Assembly: GCA_965246715.1 (NCBI GenBank)
Contig: CBDFFH010000021.1
Span: forward strand, 1 to 64,000
DNA from: Chamaesiphon sp.
Lineage (GTDB): Bacteria; Cyanobacteriota; Cyanobacteriia; Cyanobacteriales; Chamaesiphonaceae
Direction: 5' to 3'
DNA: 64,000 bases
The notes under the pieces are model-generated. The model was not told the DNA's origin. It did not search any database and was given only the letters and a program-made list of their open reading frames with translations. The position numbers and the translations under genes were made by a program. This document shows, one piece after another, positions 28,691 through 40,376 of this stretch; the stretch's first letter is position 1; each line of letters starts with the position of its first letter.

Positions 28691-31600
28691 TTAAGCAACT
28701 AGCGTAAAATCGGTGGCGGCGAGCGTGGGTTTGCCGATGAGGTTAGCAAAAATACCACCATTGTTACCAAAATCGGCATCGATCCCATTTTGGTTGTAGA
28801 ACAGATTTCCCGTGCCCGCACTATAGACGATCGCGGAGGCTGAGGTCTTAGCGGCATTATCGTCAGCTACGCTAGTGAAACTCAGACCGCTGTTGATGGC
28901 AGCAAAAGTAGCTTTGCTCAACAGGATCTTATCGCTATTGCTAGTGAAGTCAGCGATCGTATCCGTGCCGAGGAAGGTGGTAATCGCAACGGAACTGGAT
29001 AGAGAACCACCACCAAAGTAGAAGCTATCGTTACCTGCGCCGCCGCGCAGCGTATCGTTACCGCCACCGCCGAATAAGATGTTGTTGAAACTGTTACCCG
29101 TGAGGTTGTCGTTACCCGCGCCGCCATTGGACATTTTCCAAACTGACGACCGGAATTATCAGCCCGACTCCAAGCGCGATCGTTTGGGTTGTAGTCAAGC
29201 TCAAATCGACAGTAACATCGATCGTACTAGGGCGGAAGTCGAGGGTATCGGTGCCACCTGTAGCTGTCTCGACGATCGTATCCGTGCCTGTATCGACATT
29301 GGCATTGATGACATAAGTATCGTTACCACTTCCACCGTTTAAATTATCGTTTCCAGCACCGCCAGTTAGCGTGTCATTTGCTTTATAACCAATTAGGATG
29401 TTGTCGCTGGCATTGCCGATCAGATTACTGTTCGCAGCGAACGCGCCTTGGAGATTTTCGATGCTGATGAAGGTATCGCCAGTAGCTTCGCCAGTATTAT
29501 TGCTGTAGTTGCTCAAGTCTACAGTGAGTGGCGTAGTTGTGTAATTATAACTGGCATAATCGTTACCATCGCCACCGTCGAGCAGGTCGGCACCAGCCCC
29601 ACCCCGCAGGATATCATTACCACCTAGCCCATAGAGCCGATCGTCGCCAGCACCACCATCGAGGGTATTATTATCGCTGTTGCCTGTAATGACATTGTTG
29701 AGGCTGTTGCCAACACCATTGAAGTTGCCAGAGCCAGTCAATATCAGGTTTTCGAGGTTGGCACCGAGGCTATAACCGATCGTGGATTTGACTGTATCTA
29801 TACCGGCATTAAGGTTTTCCACGATCGTATCGCCGACATTGTTGATGATATAAGTATCATCGCCAGTGGTACCAGTGAAATTGTCAGCTCCAGCAGTGCC
29901 AGCAAACAACCCCAAATTTAAACCGACCAGCACGGGATCGTGATCCGAAGCCCGAAACTGATTCGGTGCATACAGACTACTGGCTTGACCTGCGGTTTTA
30001 AATTCAGTGTTGTAATCCAAGACTGTTGGTTCATCAGCATTAATGTGCCATTTATCAGCACCACTAACTTGCGCAGCTAAACTCTTACTCCCTAGCGCAT
30101 GATCGAGCGAACCTTGCTGTCCGTCGAAGACATAGGAGTATGAGGTAATTGGCAGCAGATTATTGTATCCCGCGCTAGCTAGAGTGGTCAGCGGGTCTTC
30201 TTGGGCATAAGCATTAAGGTCGCCCACAATAATATAATCGGGGTCGTTCGTACCCGTTGGCTTGGTTGCCAACCAAGTCGCTAAGTCTTGAGCTTCGCGC
30301 GTCCGCGTGCCGTTGGAGAGACCCTGACCGTCGCCAATATCGTTGTCGCCAGCACCACCAGAACTAGAACCCTTGGACTTGAGATGATTGACGGCTACGG
30401 TAAATTGTTGCCCGTTGGCGGTTTGCTGGAAGGTCTGGGCTAGGGGTCGTCGTCCGACTAGATCGAAGGCAGCGGAGTAGCCTAGAGGCATCGTCGCCGC
30501 ATTACCGATCGGTGTAACTTGACTTGTTTTGTAAATAATCCCGACAGTAATAGCATCGGTAGAGATATTTGTGCCGGGATTGATGAAAGCATATGTGCCC
30601 GCACCCACGATCGCGTTTAAGCCATCGACCAGATTTTGAATGGCGCTATTTGTTCCAAAACCATTGTTTTCGACTTCGTTAAGTCCTAAGACATCTGCGC
30701 CGGAATTAATGATGGCTTGAATCGTTTTATCGCGTTGGCGGGTAAATTCAGCCGCAGTATTCGCCCCACGCGGCTCGAACGACTGTCCGCTATCGTTCGT
30801 AAACCGAGTCGAGCTAGACAAGTCTAAGTCATTGAAGTAGTTGAGCAGATTGAAGTTAGCTATCCGCAACGTACCGCCGACTGAAGGCGGTGTAACGGGC
30901 CGAGGATTGGTGGCAGTGAAGTTGACTGGTGCAGTGGTTTGGATCCGATAGCCTTCAAACCGCTCGTCGAGAATTCCGGTAATATTATTCACCGTATCGC
31001 CACTGCGGAGGGTGTTTGCTGCGCTCAGTGGACTCCCCCCACGTCCGAATAAAATCGGATCTAAGTTTTGGGAGCCACTACCGTCGTCGAGATAAATCGT
31101 GCGCTTTGCTAGGTCGGCTAGATATGTGGTATTACCGCTGACGCTCGGAGCATTAAACTGGGTGTACTGGTCGAGGCGCGCGTCGGTACCAGGTTGATTG
31201 CTCGCGCCTGCTGCGGACAGTACGACTTGTCCAAATCGTCCGAGCTGATAATTTTCAGTAACGGTAAGGTCGCCGCTGCTAGCACTAATGTTGACGAGCA
31301 TTCCTTCGTAACGCTCGAGGTCGCTGACATTAGTAGTGGGAATTTGAATAGTGGTAACTGTCGGTAGCGTACTCGCACCTAAGTCGAACACGGTGCCAGC
31401 CGATAAATCTAGCTCGGTCAGACTACTATTGTTACCGTTACCAGTGCTCGTAAGTTCTTTGACATTACCACTAACTTGGACTTTATCGCCAACATTGCCA
31501 GTAAATTTACCATTCGGATCGAAGACAAAAATTGCTTCTGAGGTAGCGGTATTATTGTCAGCATCAGCATCTTCTTCCTGGACGTAGAAGCCATTTAGTT

Positions 31601-32696
31601 GGGTCGCACCCGCAAAGACACGCGTAACGATCCCCTCGATCGATTGAGTCCCTGTCAATGCCGCCGTCGCACCAGTACCTTGGATGTCGTGAATTTTGGT
31701 AAATGTGACCACAGCATCGTTATCGGCGATCGCAATGTCTTGCGAGGTCACCGTGCCTAGTTTAATCCCTGCCGAAGGCGTGTCGATCGTCAATTTTGCC
31801 GTTTCGGTGCCTTCAACCAACGTATCGTCGATGACTTTGAACGTGACCGATCCACTCGTCGCGCCACTGGGAAGGGTGATTGTAATATTACTGGCGGTCG
31901 TATTATTTAGCGTGTAGTCACCAGTAGTAATTCCCGTTCCGGCGATCGCCAGATTTATAGTTTGGTTTCCAGCGACTGCACTAGTAGCGGTAGCAGTGAC
32001 TGTAATCGATGTTTGACCAGCTTCCGAGCTAGTGTTACTACTAACTCCTAAATTAACGGTCGGTAAGCTCGGAGCGATAGAGTTAGCTGATAGAGAGAAG
32101 TCATCGATCGCCAATCCGTCATCAGCACCTGTAGCATTAAAGTCTGTCCACCGTAAATATACGGTAGCGCCACTTACAATATTCAGACTGTCGATCGTGC
32201 CATTAATTGCCGTCCGATTGGCAGTAATATTGCCATCGAGCAGACCGACAGTACCAGTAGAATTCGGCGCATTGAAGTCCAGCGCATTGAAGTCGATCCA
32301 CGTTCCGGTACTCACAGACGTAGCATCTAAACTGTATTGAAAGTCCAGCCGATCCGTTCGCCCGGATGCACCCAATCGCCACTGTTCTCCGGTGTAAGCG
32401 ATTGCTAGCGCAGAGATCGTCCCGCCTGTATTATTGGTAAAACTCGCGCCGATCGTCGGCAGCAGACTGCCACTCTGCAATCCGCCAAAAGCTCGATCTG
32501 TCGCTCCAGCCGCCCCAAAACTATAAGTATCTCCAGCATTCGAGCTGCCAGTACCTGCGGTATATGTGGTATTGGTATTAGTTCCTGTTTCGCTAAACTC
32601 CCAGCCAACAGGGACAGTGGAGCTAGTACCAGAATTTACTAATGCATTGAAATCTTGAGTATATGGACTAGTACTCGTCAAACTTATAGCTGCCAT
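28691..32696 (-). CDS. ExeM/NucH-family extracellular endonuclease with Calx-beta and RTX Ca-binding repeats; one +1 frameshift near 29129
   Basis: IHDIQG OB-fold, [37 protein letters not shown] and GGAGND repeats. The ORF 28691..29134 continues the RTX tail. Confidence 0.88.
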
Positions 32697-33338
32697 GTTT
32701 CTCTCTGATGATATTTGGGTAGATGATTGATGTTCTGTCGGTCTTCTACTCACCACGAGTGCCGATTGCCGCGATCGTGTCAGCGCTAGCTCTAAACTAA
32801 TTGAAACTACAAGCTCTCAAATATTAATAAAATCTAACTTCGACTTATCTGCGAATATATTAAAAATCCTTTTCCAATCTAAAAAATATTAATATTTTCA
32901 TCACAGCGCGATCGACAACGATCGTCAGGATCTAACTTTACTCAGCATCGATACATTGACGATAACAATCGACATCTATTTGAAGTTGCTAGATTCCACC
33001 ACCGAGAATAAACTATTTGGGTTAAATTTAGGATAACTTAAGGATAAGAATTAAGATTAAATGCCTGAAGAGAGTTTGGTTTTAAAGCCGATCGCCAAGG
33101 TGACAGCTATTTAGCTGGATTTTACGATCGACAAAGATTGGTTTTGTTGACACCTACAACGATTGCTAGGTTATAATTGCGGTAAATTTCACGCTCGAAT
33201 TTATAGTCGATCGACAGATACTATAATAATTTTGATAGTTCGATCTCATGACGTTCGGTAATATTATTGATATCTAAGCTGTGGTTACCTCCTGTCGGTC
33301 GATCGGTATTTACCCCCTAATTCTCACGGTATTACAAG

Positions 33339-33938
33339 ATGAAAAAGATCGCCCCTTTCTTACCAACGATAGCTTTATCGACAGCAACTATCGCGGTGAT
33401 GACGTTAGTAGCTACATCGGCCCAAGCAATAAATTTAGTTACCAATGGTAACTTTGAAACTGGTAATATCTCTGGCTGGATGCTGAGTACTAATGATAAT
33501 ATCTTTGTTAGTGATGGCGATAATGGTACGAAAACAGCATTTTTAGGTACTACATCGATCGAATCTTTGTCCCAAACTCTAGCGACATTTGCAGGAACGA
33601 TTTATCAAATCAAATACGATCTCTTGAGTGGGGGTGGCATACCCAATTCTTTTGAAGCTAGAGTCAACAATACTATTTTATTTGGTCAAGCTAATATTGC
33701 AGCCACGACGACCTTCTTTACCCCATATAGCTTTACTTATACTGGTACTGGCACGGACAAACTCGAATTTAGATTTTTGGACGCAGGAACTTATTTCCAA
33801 TTAGATAATGTCCAGTTTAATGGATTGGCGGCTGCGACCGCAGTTCCCGAACCGATGATGACGATTGGGACGCTAATTGGTGGCTCGGTAGTGTTGCGAC
33901 TGAGAAAGAAACTCCGATCTCAGCACACATCAAAATAA
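33339..33938 (+). CDS. PEP-CTERM surface protein with a carbohydrate-binding-like domain
   Basis: Signal peptide, NLVTNGNFETG, LDNV, then VPEP, a transmembrane helix and an RLRKK tail. Confidence 0.9.
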   Translation: MKKIAPFLPTIALSTATIAVMTLVATSAQAINLVTNGNFETGNISGWMLSTNDNIFVSDGDNGTKTAFLGTTSIESLSQTLATFAGTIYQIKYDLLSGGGIPNSFEARVNNTILFGQANIAATTTFFTPYSFTYTGTGTDKLEFRFLDAGTYFQLDNVQFNGLAAATAVPEPMMTIGTLIGGSVVLRLRKKLRSQHTSK

Positions 33939-33991
33939 ATTTATGCGAGAGATTACCGTTAGCTTGTCATCGGGCGCTCTGTTATAACAAT

Positions 33992-34927
33992 TTATTTTTG
34001 AGTAGCTTTGAGCATGTGATAAGTAATCAGTAGTTGCGTGAGCGCGAGTGGATAGCTTTGGAGCGTTTCGCCAGTCGTCCCCGTGATTTTACCTAAATTG
34101 GAGTCGATTTCCAGATCGGTGAGGTGGTGTAGCTCCGGTAAGTCCGCACAAATCATTTTCGCCAGCCCTCGAACGCTATCGCGGGTAGCATGAGAATCCA
34201 CTTCCAACACATCAACGGGTTTACCCATATCCCGGTCGAGATTTAACCGAATGGTTGGCTGCTCATGGCTGCTGTCTCGGTCTAAAATCTGACTCAGATC
34301 TGGATGTGAAATAGTCGGTCTGAGTAACAACTTGACATTCAAATGCGCGGTAGTTTCCTCAGCCTCACTGACAGGTGGATAAAACCCGACAACTAAATCC
34401 GCCCATTGGCGCTGCGGACGAATAAACTCTTCTGAATCTGGCTCGCGCTTTTGGAGTTCGGCTAAAACTTGAGCCTCAGTGTAGCCACGCTTGAGCGTAT
34501 CGCGCTTAATTTTCCAGCCCTGGCGGAGCGTTTCGGGTGGAGCTAGATACACTTTGACATCATAGCAATCGCGCAGCCCTCGTGTTGAATAACCCAGCAA
34601 TCCCTCCACAATCAAAAATTTATTGGGTTTGACATATTGTGGCGGATCGAAAGTACCCGTATGGTGATTGTAAATCGGCTTGAGAATCGATTGCCCTGTG
34701 CGGAGCAACGCCAAATGTTGCTGCATGATATCGAGGTGATTGCAGTCAGGATGTAAGGCAGTAATCCCAATTTCTGCACGTTGCATTCGATCGTAACGAT
34801 GATAATCATCCGTACCGATAACTGTAATATTCTCTTTACCTAAAATTTGCGCGATGCCACTAGTCAGTGTTGTTTTACCTGCGCCGCTATCGCCGACGAT
34901 GCCGAGAATGATGGGACGATTATTCAT
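33992..34927 (-). CDS. Phosphoribulokinase/uridine kinase family protein (PRK paralogue)
   Basis: GIVGDSGAGKTT, DDYHRYDR, KPIYNH.TG.FD, EGL, WKIKRD..KRG and IRPQR..AD. Confidence 0.85.
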   Translation of the reverse strand: MNNRPIILGIVGDSGAGKTTLTSGIAQILGKENITVIGTDDYHRYDRMQRAEIGITALHPDCNHLDIMQQHLALLRTGQSILKPIYNHHTGTFDPPQYVKPNKFLIVEGLLGYSTRGLRDCYDVKVYLAPPETLRQGWKIKRDTLKRGYTEAQVLAELQKREPDSEEFIRPQRQWADLVVGFYPPVSEAEETTAHLNVKLLLRPTISHPDLSQILDRDSSHEQPTIRLNLDRDMGKPVDVLEVDSHATRDSVRGLAKMICADLPELHHLTDLEIDSNLGKITGTTGETLQSYPLALTQLLITYHMLKATQK

Positions 34928-35127
34928 TAACTTAAATCTCCTGCAAGGGCTGAGAGGTCATTCGATTGTGGATTGTGGATTGTGGATTACGGAAAAGCTT
35001 TTCTATCCCCCAACCCCCCTGATTCCCGTCCAAATGAGCGGCTCTGAACCTGTTATCTTTGGTTAAACTATTTAAGCCAGATCGCTGACTGTGACAATCG
35101 ATCGACTGTGATAGTCTGAGCATACAG

Positions 35128-36657
35128 ATGTTCCGGTACCGTGTCGTGTCGATCGACTCTAAATATACCTATCGAGTTGGCGAAATACCTGCAAATCCAT
35201 TATTGGCGAACTCACAGCCAGACTTTACCAAGATTTATCAATTGTTAGCAGTTGCCGAATCTCAGGTAAGTTATCGAGTCGAGCCAGTTCCCGCTGGTTC
35301 GCCACAATTGCCAGCAAATTTACAACTGCGATCGTATCAACAGCTAGCCGTCACCAATTGGTTTCAAAATCAAGGTCGGGGCACGCTCAAAATGGCTACT
35401 GGCAGCGGTAAAACCATCACCGCACTAGCGATCGCCACCCAACTATACCAACAAATCGGACTACAAGTACTCATCATCGTCTGTCCGTTCCGTCACCTCG
35501 TCACCCAGTGGGGTAGAGAGTGCGAAAAATTTCATCTTCAGCCGATTCTCGCCTGTGAAAGCATCCATAGATGGCAGAGTCAATTTTCCCATCAACTTGC
35601 CAAAATCAATACTCGCCAACAAGCATTTCTGACCGTTATTACCACCAACGAAACCCTAATTACTCCAGGCTTTCAGTCGCAACTCAAATACTTACCCGAT
35701 CGCACTCTCATTATCGGCGATGAAGTTCACAACCTCGGTGCGAAAAAACGCGAGTCCAGTCTCCCGCGCAATGTGGGCTTGCGACTCGCCCTCTCAGCCA
35801 CTCCCGAACGCCACTATGACGATGTGGGCACCCAAAACATCTTCGACTACTTCGGCGACATCCTCCAGCCCGAATTTACCCTCAAAGATGCGATCGAGCA
35901 AGGTGCCCTCGTCCACTATCTTTATTACCCTATCCTCATCGAACTCACCGAAAGCGAGACCGAAGAATATCTTAAACTCTCCCGCGCGATCGCCCGCAAA
36001 CTCCTCTACCAATCCAAAGATCGCGCAACTAGCTACGATGAATTCGACACTCCCGATCTCACGCCCCTATTGATGCAGCGTGCCAGACTGATCGGTGCAG
36101 CAGCCAACAAGCTGGTAGCACTCAAAAAGTTGATGCGCGATCGACTCGACACCAGCCACACCCTATTCTACTGTGGTGATGGCAGTAGCGACAGCACCCA
36201 ACAACTGGCCGCAGTCACTCATCTATTAGGAAACGAACTCGGTTATCGCGTCAACACCTACACCGCATCTACATCTCTTCCTGACAGAGAACAACTCCGC
36301 CAGCAATTTGAATCTGGTGCTCTTCAGGGACTAGTCGCCATCCGCTGTTTAGATGAAGGCATCGACATTCCCGCCATCAAACACGCCATCATCCTCGCTA
36401 GCAGCACCAACCCGCGCCAATTCATCCAACGCCGAGGTCGCATCCTTCGACCAGATGTTGGTAAGGATCGTGCTACGCTATACGATATGGTCGTTCTACC
36501 CCCGCAGCTCGATCGAGATACGCTGGCGATCGAGCGTAATTTACTCAAAAAAGAACTCCTCCGCCTGATTGAATTCGCCGATCTCGCTGACAACGCCGCC
36601 ACCGCAAGAACCCAACTCCTCACCCTTCAGAAACGCTATGGGTTATTAGATTTGTGA
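35128..36657 (+). CDS. Superfamily 2 (ResIII/DEAH) helicase of the family annotated as a DNA phosphorothioation-associated restriction enzyme
   Basis: LRSYQ, MATGSGKT, DEVH, LSATPER, CLDEGIDIP and QRRGRILR. Confidence 0.85.
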   Translation: MFRYRVVSIDSKYTYRVGEIPANPLLANSQPDFTKIYQLLAVAESQVSYRVEPVPAGSPQLPANLQLRSYQQLAVTNWFQNQGRGTLKMATGSGKTITALAIATQLYQQIGLQVLIIVCPFRHLVTQWGRECEKFHLQPILACESIHRWQSQFSHQLAKINTRQQAFLTVITTNETLITPGFQSQLKYLPDRTLIIGDEVHNLGAKKRESSLPRNVGLRLALSATPERHYDDVGTQNIFDYFGDILQPEFTLKDAIEQGALVHYLYYPILIELTESETEEYLKLSRAIARKLLYQSKDRATSYDEFDTPDLTPLLMQRARLIGAAANKLVALKKLMRDRLDTSHTLFYCGDGSSDSTQQLAAVTHLLGNELGYRVNTYTASTSLPDREQLRQQFESGALQGLVAIRCLDEGIDIPAIKHAIILASSTNPRQFIQRRGRILRPDVGKDRATLYDMVVLPPQLDRDTLAIERNLLKKELLRLIEFADLADNAATARTQLLTLQKRYGLLDL

Positions 36658-36676
36658 CAATCAATTCTAGGAGGTA

Positions 36677-36710
36677 AGAACCCCGACTTCTTGGAAGAAG
36701 TCGGGGTTCT
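36677..36710. repeat. Palindromic REP-like hairpin or bidirectional terminator
   Basis: AGAACCCCGACTTCTT-gg-AAGAAGTCGGGGTTCT between convergent genes. Confidence 0.8.
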
Positions 36711-36719
36711 GGCGAAGTT

Positions 36720-37637
36720 CTAAGGGATTTTGCGAGCGATCGATCTTTTCATAAATCGATCGATTATCTCTAAATTTTCTGGCTTTCTAAAATTATTGTT
36801 GTAATTCCAATGTCCGGCATTTGCAACTATTACTAACTGTTTATGGGGATTGGTAGTAGCTGCGTAGAGCGATCGACTCATGGTAAATGGGATGTGGCGA
36901 TCGGCAGTGCCATGAATATATAGAACTGGTAGTTTTAACGATTTGACTTTAGCGATCGAGTCAAATTTTTGGGTTAACAATAACCGCACGGGTAAGAGTT
37001 TAGACCACGGTGATGTTGCTACCATCGCCGACATGGAAGTAAAGCTACTTTGGACGATGACACTAGCCGATTCAGGATGACGGGTGGCAAGATCGATCGC
37101 GATCGCACCACCCAAAGAATAACCATAAATAACAATGCGATCGGGTGATATTTTGCGGGTTTTAACGAGATAATTCCAAGCGATTTCGGCATCGGCATAG
37201 AGTTGGTGTTCGGAGGGAAATTTACCACTACTTTTGCCATATCCCCGATAGTCAACTAACAAAACATCATAACCTAATCCCTTGAGCGTCCGGGCAGGGT
37301 CGATATTCTTCCCGATATTCTGATTGTATCCATGCAAATATAGAATCGTACCTTTAGATTTTGGTTGCGGCAAGCTCGTTTCACCCGTCGCTGAGAGCCA
37401 CCACCCAAATAATTTATCGTTATTTTTGCCAGTTTTATCGACTGGTATCCACACATCGCGATAGTCGAGATCGCGATCGGCTGGTGTAGTTGCAATCTTC
37501 AGTTCTGGCTTATAAATCAGTCGCTCTTGATATAAATACAATCCCAAACAGGCCAACAGATATGTCAGCACTGGCCATCTACCCCACCGATACAGCCAGA
37601 TAGTTCGATCGCGGAACGAGATTTTGCTGCTTTGCAC
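36720..37637 (-). CDS. Alpha/beta hydrolase (ABHD13/Bem46-like)
   Basis: YLHG, DYRGYG.S, GYSLGG, IHGTAD and AGH. Confidence 0.88.
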   Translation of the reverse strand: MQSSKISFRDRTIWLYRWGRWPVLTYLLACLGLYLYQERLIYKPELKIATTPADRDLDYRDVWIPVDKTGKNNDKLFGWWLSATGETSLPQPKSKGTILYLHGYNQNIGKNIDPARTLKGLGYDVLLVDYRGYGKSSGKFPSEHQLYADAEIAWNYLVKTRKISPDRIVIYGYSLGGAIAIDLATRHPESASVIVQSSFTSMSAMVATSPWSKLLPVRLLLTQKFDSIAKVKSLKLPVLYIHGTADRHIPFTMSRSLYAATTNPHKQLVIVANAGHWNYNNNFRKPENLEIIDRFMKRSIARKIP

Positions 37638-37701
37638 GAATCGATTGATATACTAACTACTTGTAATCCTAGTATATATATTACGCGATTGTATAAAAAA
37701 A

Positions 37702-38463
37702 TTAGCGATGCTGTTGCGAAGCTCGATCGAGTGCGCCGCGAAATTGACTTAAAATACCACGTAATAAAGCGACTTCGTTTGGGGAAAGTTGGCTGCGATT
37801 GTATAAGCGCCGAATTTTTTCCATCCGATGCGCGGCTGTATGCGGAAATAAATAGCCAATCTCTAAGAGTAAAGTTTCTAATTGTTGATAGTAACCTTCG
37901 ACTTGCTCTACAGGTGCAATATCTAACTGTGGTGGTATTTGAGACGATCGAGCGATCGTTTCTATTTCATTACTACTCGCGCACATTTGCAATTCATAGG
38001 CGCAGACTCCTACCGCCTGAGCTAAATTTAGCGAACTATATTCCGATCCAACTGGAATGCGGATATAACGTTGAGCGTAATTTAATTCAGCATTAGTCAA
38101 ACCACTATCTTCGCGCCCGAAGAGTAATGCTGTCGGTTGGCTGCTTTCTAACAGCCACGGTAATGCTTGGCGGGGTGTTTCTAACTGGGTGGGAATGGCG
38201 CGATCTCTGGCAGTAGTCGCAATTACGCGCGTACAGCCTTGTAAGGCTGTCGTTAAATCAGAGACGATTTCGGCTGTTTCGAGCAGATCGATCGCGTGTA
38301 CGGCCATCCGCGTGGCTTCCTCGCCAAATACTTCACACTGCGGATTGACAATAACTAATCGCGTCAATCCCATATTCTTCATCACCCGCGCGATCGACCC
38401 AATATTGAGGGCACCCGCAGGCTCCACCAGAATAATCCGGATATGATTTAAATAGGTGCTCAC
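37702..38463 (-). CDS. trmJ: tRNA/rRNA SPOUT methyltransferase, TrmJ type
   Basis: IILVEP...[26 protein letters not shown] and SLNLAQAV. Confidence 0.9.
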   Translation of the reverse strand: MSTYLNHIRIILVEPAGALNIGSIARVMKNMGLTRLVIVNPQCEVFGEEATRMAVHAIDLLETAEIVSDLTTALQGCTRVIATTARDRAIPTQLETPRQALPWLLESSQPTALLFGREDSGLTNAELNYAQRYIRIPVGSEYSSLNLAQAVGVCAYELQMCASSNEIETIARSSQIPPQLDIAPVEQVEGYYQQLETLLLEIGYLFPHTAAHRMEKIRRLYNRSQLSPNEVALLRGILSQFRGALDRASQQHR

Positions 38464-38489
38464 TGTTTACCGTTTACTATTCGCGAATT

Positions 38490-38645
38490 ATGCCCCGCCA
38501 CCGATCGAAATCTGATTTACCGACTAAAGTTTGTGCCGTTTGTCAGCGACCTTTTACCTGGCGGAAGAAATGGGAAGATTGTTGGGATGATGTGAAATAT
38601 TGCTCCGATCGCTGTCGCAATCGGAAGTCTGAGGCGAAGGAGTAG
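38490..38645 (+). CDS. DUF2256-like small zinc-ribbon protein, 51 aa (not in the ORF track)
   Basis: [51 protein letters not shown]. Confidence 0.88.
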   Translation: MPRHRSKSDLPTKVCAVCQRPFTWRKKWEDCWDDVKYCSDRCRNRKSEAKE

Positions 38646-38669
38646 GAGAAGTGGGAAGCGTAGATCTTA

Positions 38670-38754
38670 CCCACCCCGCCCGTTCGGGCACCCCTCCTCG
38701 GAGGGAAATTCACTAGCCACTAGTCACTAGCCACTAGCCACTATCCCCTATCCC
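38670..38754. repeat. GC-rich dispersed repeat followed by CACTAGC heptamer repeats
   Basis: 38670-38710 is the reverse complement of the split element at 41408-41548; a heptamer run follows. Confidence 0.7.
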
Positions 38755-39447
38755 CTAAAACCCAGGTTGATGGCGAATGAGGTTGAGAAATTCTTCTCTA
38801 GTGCGGTGATCTTCTTGGAAGGCTCCTAGCATCGCGCTCGTTACCGTCCAAGCGCCAGGTTTTTGCACGCCACGCATGACCATGCACATGTGGCTGGCTT
38901 CCATTACTACCGCAACGCCTCTAGGTTCGAGGACTTCTTGGAGGGCTTCGGCGATTTGGCGCGTCAGTCGTTCTTGGACTTGCATCCGGCGCGAGTACAT
39001 ATCGACGATTCGAGCTAGTTTGCTCAAGCCGACAACTTTTTGGTTGGGGATGTACGCAACGTGCGCTCTACCCATGAATGGGAGCATGTGGTGTTCGCAC
39101 ATGCTAAAGAAGTTGATATCGCGCACCAATACCATTTCATTGTGCCCTTCGTCAAAAATGGCACCATTAACGATCTCTTCCAACGATTGATTGTAGCCGC
39201 TGGTGAGAAAGCGCATCGATTCGGCGACCCGTTTGGGAGTTTTGAGCAATCCTTCCCGATCGGGATCTTCGCCTACTCCCAAGATAATCTGGCGAACTGA
39301 GGACATCATATCCTCTAGACTGACTTCTTCAGGATCGTGAATTTTTACGGGTGCGCCATCATGGGTATTGCGATCGGGTCGAGGATCGATCTTCATCGGG
39401 CGGTCTCCAGCAGCAGAATTACTACTTTGGGATGGGGAAATTGTCAT
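38755..39447 (-). CDS. folE: GTP cyclohydrolase I
   Basis: [33 protein letters not shown] and HMCM.MRG. Confidence 0.96.
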   Translation of the reverse strand: MTISPSQSSNSAAGDRPMKIDPRPDRNTHDGAPVKIHDPEEVSLEDMMSSVRQIILGVGEDPDREGLLKTPKRVAESMRFLTSGYNQSLEEIVNGAIFDEGHNEMVLVRDINFFSMCEHHMLPFMGRAHVAYIPNQKVVGLSKLARIVDMYSRRMQVQERLTRQIAEALQEVLEPRGVAVVMEASHMCMVMRGVQKPGAWTVTSAMLGAFQEDHRTREEFLNLIRHQPGF

Positions 39448-39559
39448 TTTTTGTCTTAAATTTTAAATAGATGTTGGAAGTAAAAGAGGGATGAGGCGAT
39501 CGGGATTAGGGGATAACTAGGAAGTCTGCTCTAATCCCAACCCCTCTAATCCCTAATCC

Positions 39560-40291
39560 CTAAAATGCACCGCCACTAGGCATGATGGTAATCTCTTCGA
39601 CAACGGCACCAGCAGGGGCTAAAACAGCATACAGGATGCCTTCAGCGACCATTTCTGGAGTTAGCATTGCCGATCGATCGAAGTCGGCTTGCACGGTGTC
39701 TGTATCCCACAGTGGCGTATTTACCGAGCCTGGACAAATAGCCGTAACGCGAATGCCATTGGCTCTTTCCTCGCCTGCAACTGCTTGAGTGAGTGCCATC
39801 AAGCCAAATTTACTCACAGAGTATACTCCCCAGTTGGGAAATACCTGTTTGGCCGCGATCGAAGAAACGTTGACGATCGTTCCTGAGTGCCGTTGGCGCA
39901 TATGGGGCAAAACTCCCTGAATGCACTGAAATACGCTGGTTAAATTCAAATCGATCGATCGCTGCCAATCCGCTAGTGGCGTATCGCTGATGGTATTGGT
40001 ATATGCCATCCCTGCATTATTCACGAGAATATCTAAATTGTCGCAGTCTGCGGCGATCGCCGCAATTTCTGAAGAGACTCGATCGATTTTAGCCAGATCC
40101 AGTGGATAAACTTTAGCCTTGACACCGACAGCTGCTGCTGCAACGGCAACTGCTGCTAATTTAGCTTCAGAACGACCCACCAGTGCTAGGTCGATCCCTG
40201 CATTGGCAAAAGCTAATGCGGTGGCTTTGCCAATGCCACTGCTAGCTCCGGTAATTAATGCCGTTCGATTAAGGTTTGCGATCGAATTCAT
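39560..40291 (-). CDS. SDR family oxidoreductase
   Basis: TGASSGIG, NNAG and Y..SK. Confidence 0.92.
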   Translation of the reverse strand: MNSIANLNRTALITGASSGIGKATALAFANAGIDLALVGRSEAKLAAVAVAAAAVGVKAKVYPLDLAKIDRVSSEIAAIAADCDNLDILVNNAGMAYTNTISDTPLADWQRSIDLNLTSVFQCIQGVLPHMRQRHSGTIVNVSSIAAKQVFPNWGVYSVSKFGLMALTQAVAGEERANGIRVTAICPGSVNTPLWDTDTVQADFDRSAMLTPEMVAEGILYAVLAPAGAVVEEITIMPSGGAF

Positions 40292-40376
40292 CTAGTCCAG
40301 GGAATATGCCCCAATGCGAGCAATTTGTAAATATTTGTTACGGATTTATCATAACACTGATTTGAACTGCTAGTAA

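Noticed and set aside
28529..33938. Genomic island integrated at tRNA-Ser
   Set aside because: No integrase and no duplicated tRNA 3' end seen; the neighbouring genes contain normal CGATCG sites.
37632..38096. 154-aa + strand ORF and the many similar shadow ORFs over ATPases, ffh, feoB and tolC
   Set aside because: They overlap well-supported genes on the opposite strand or in another frame and carry no motifs.
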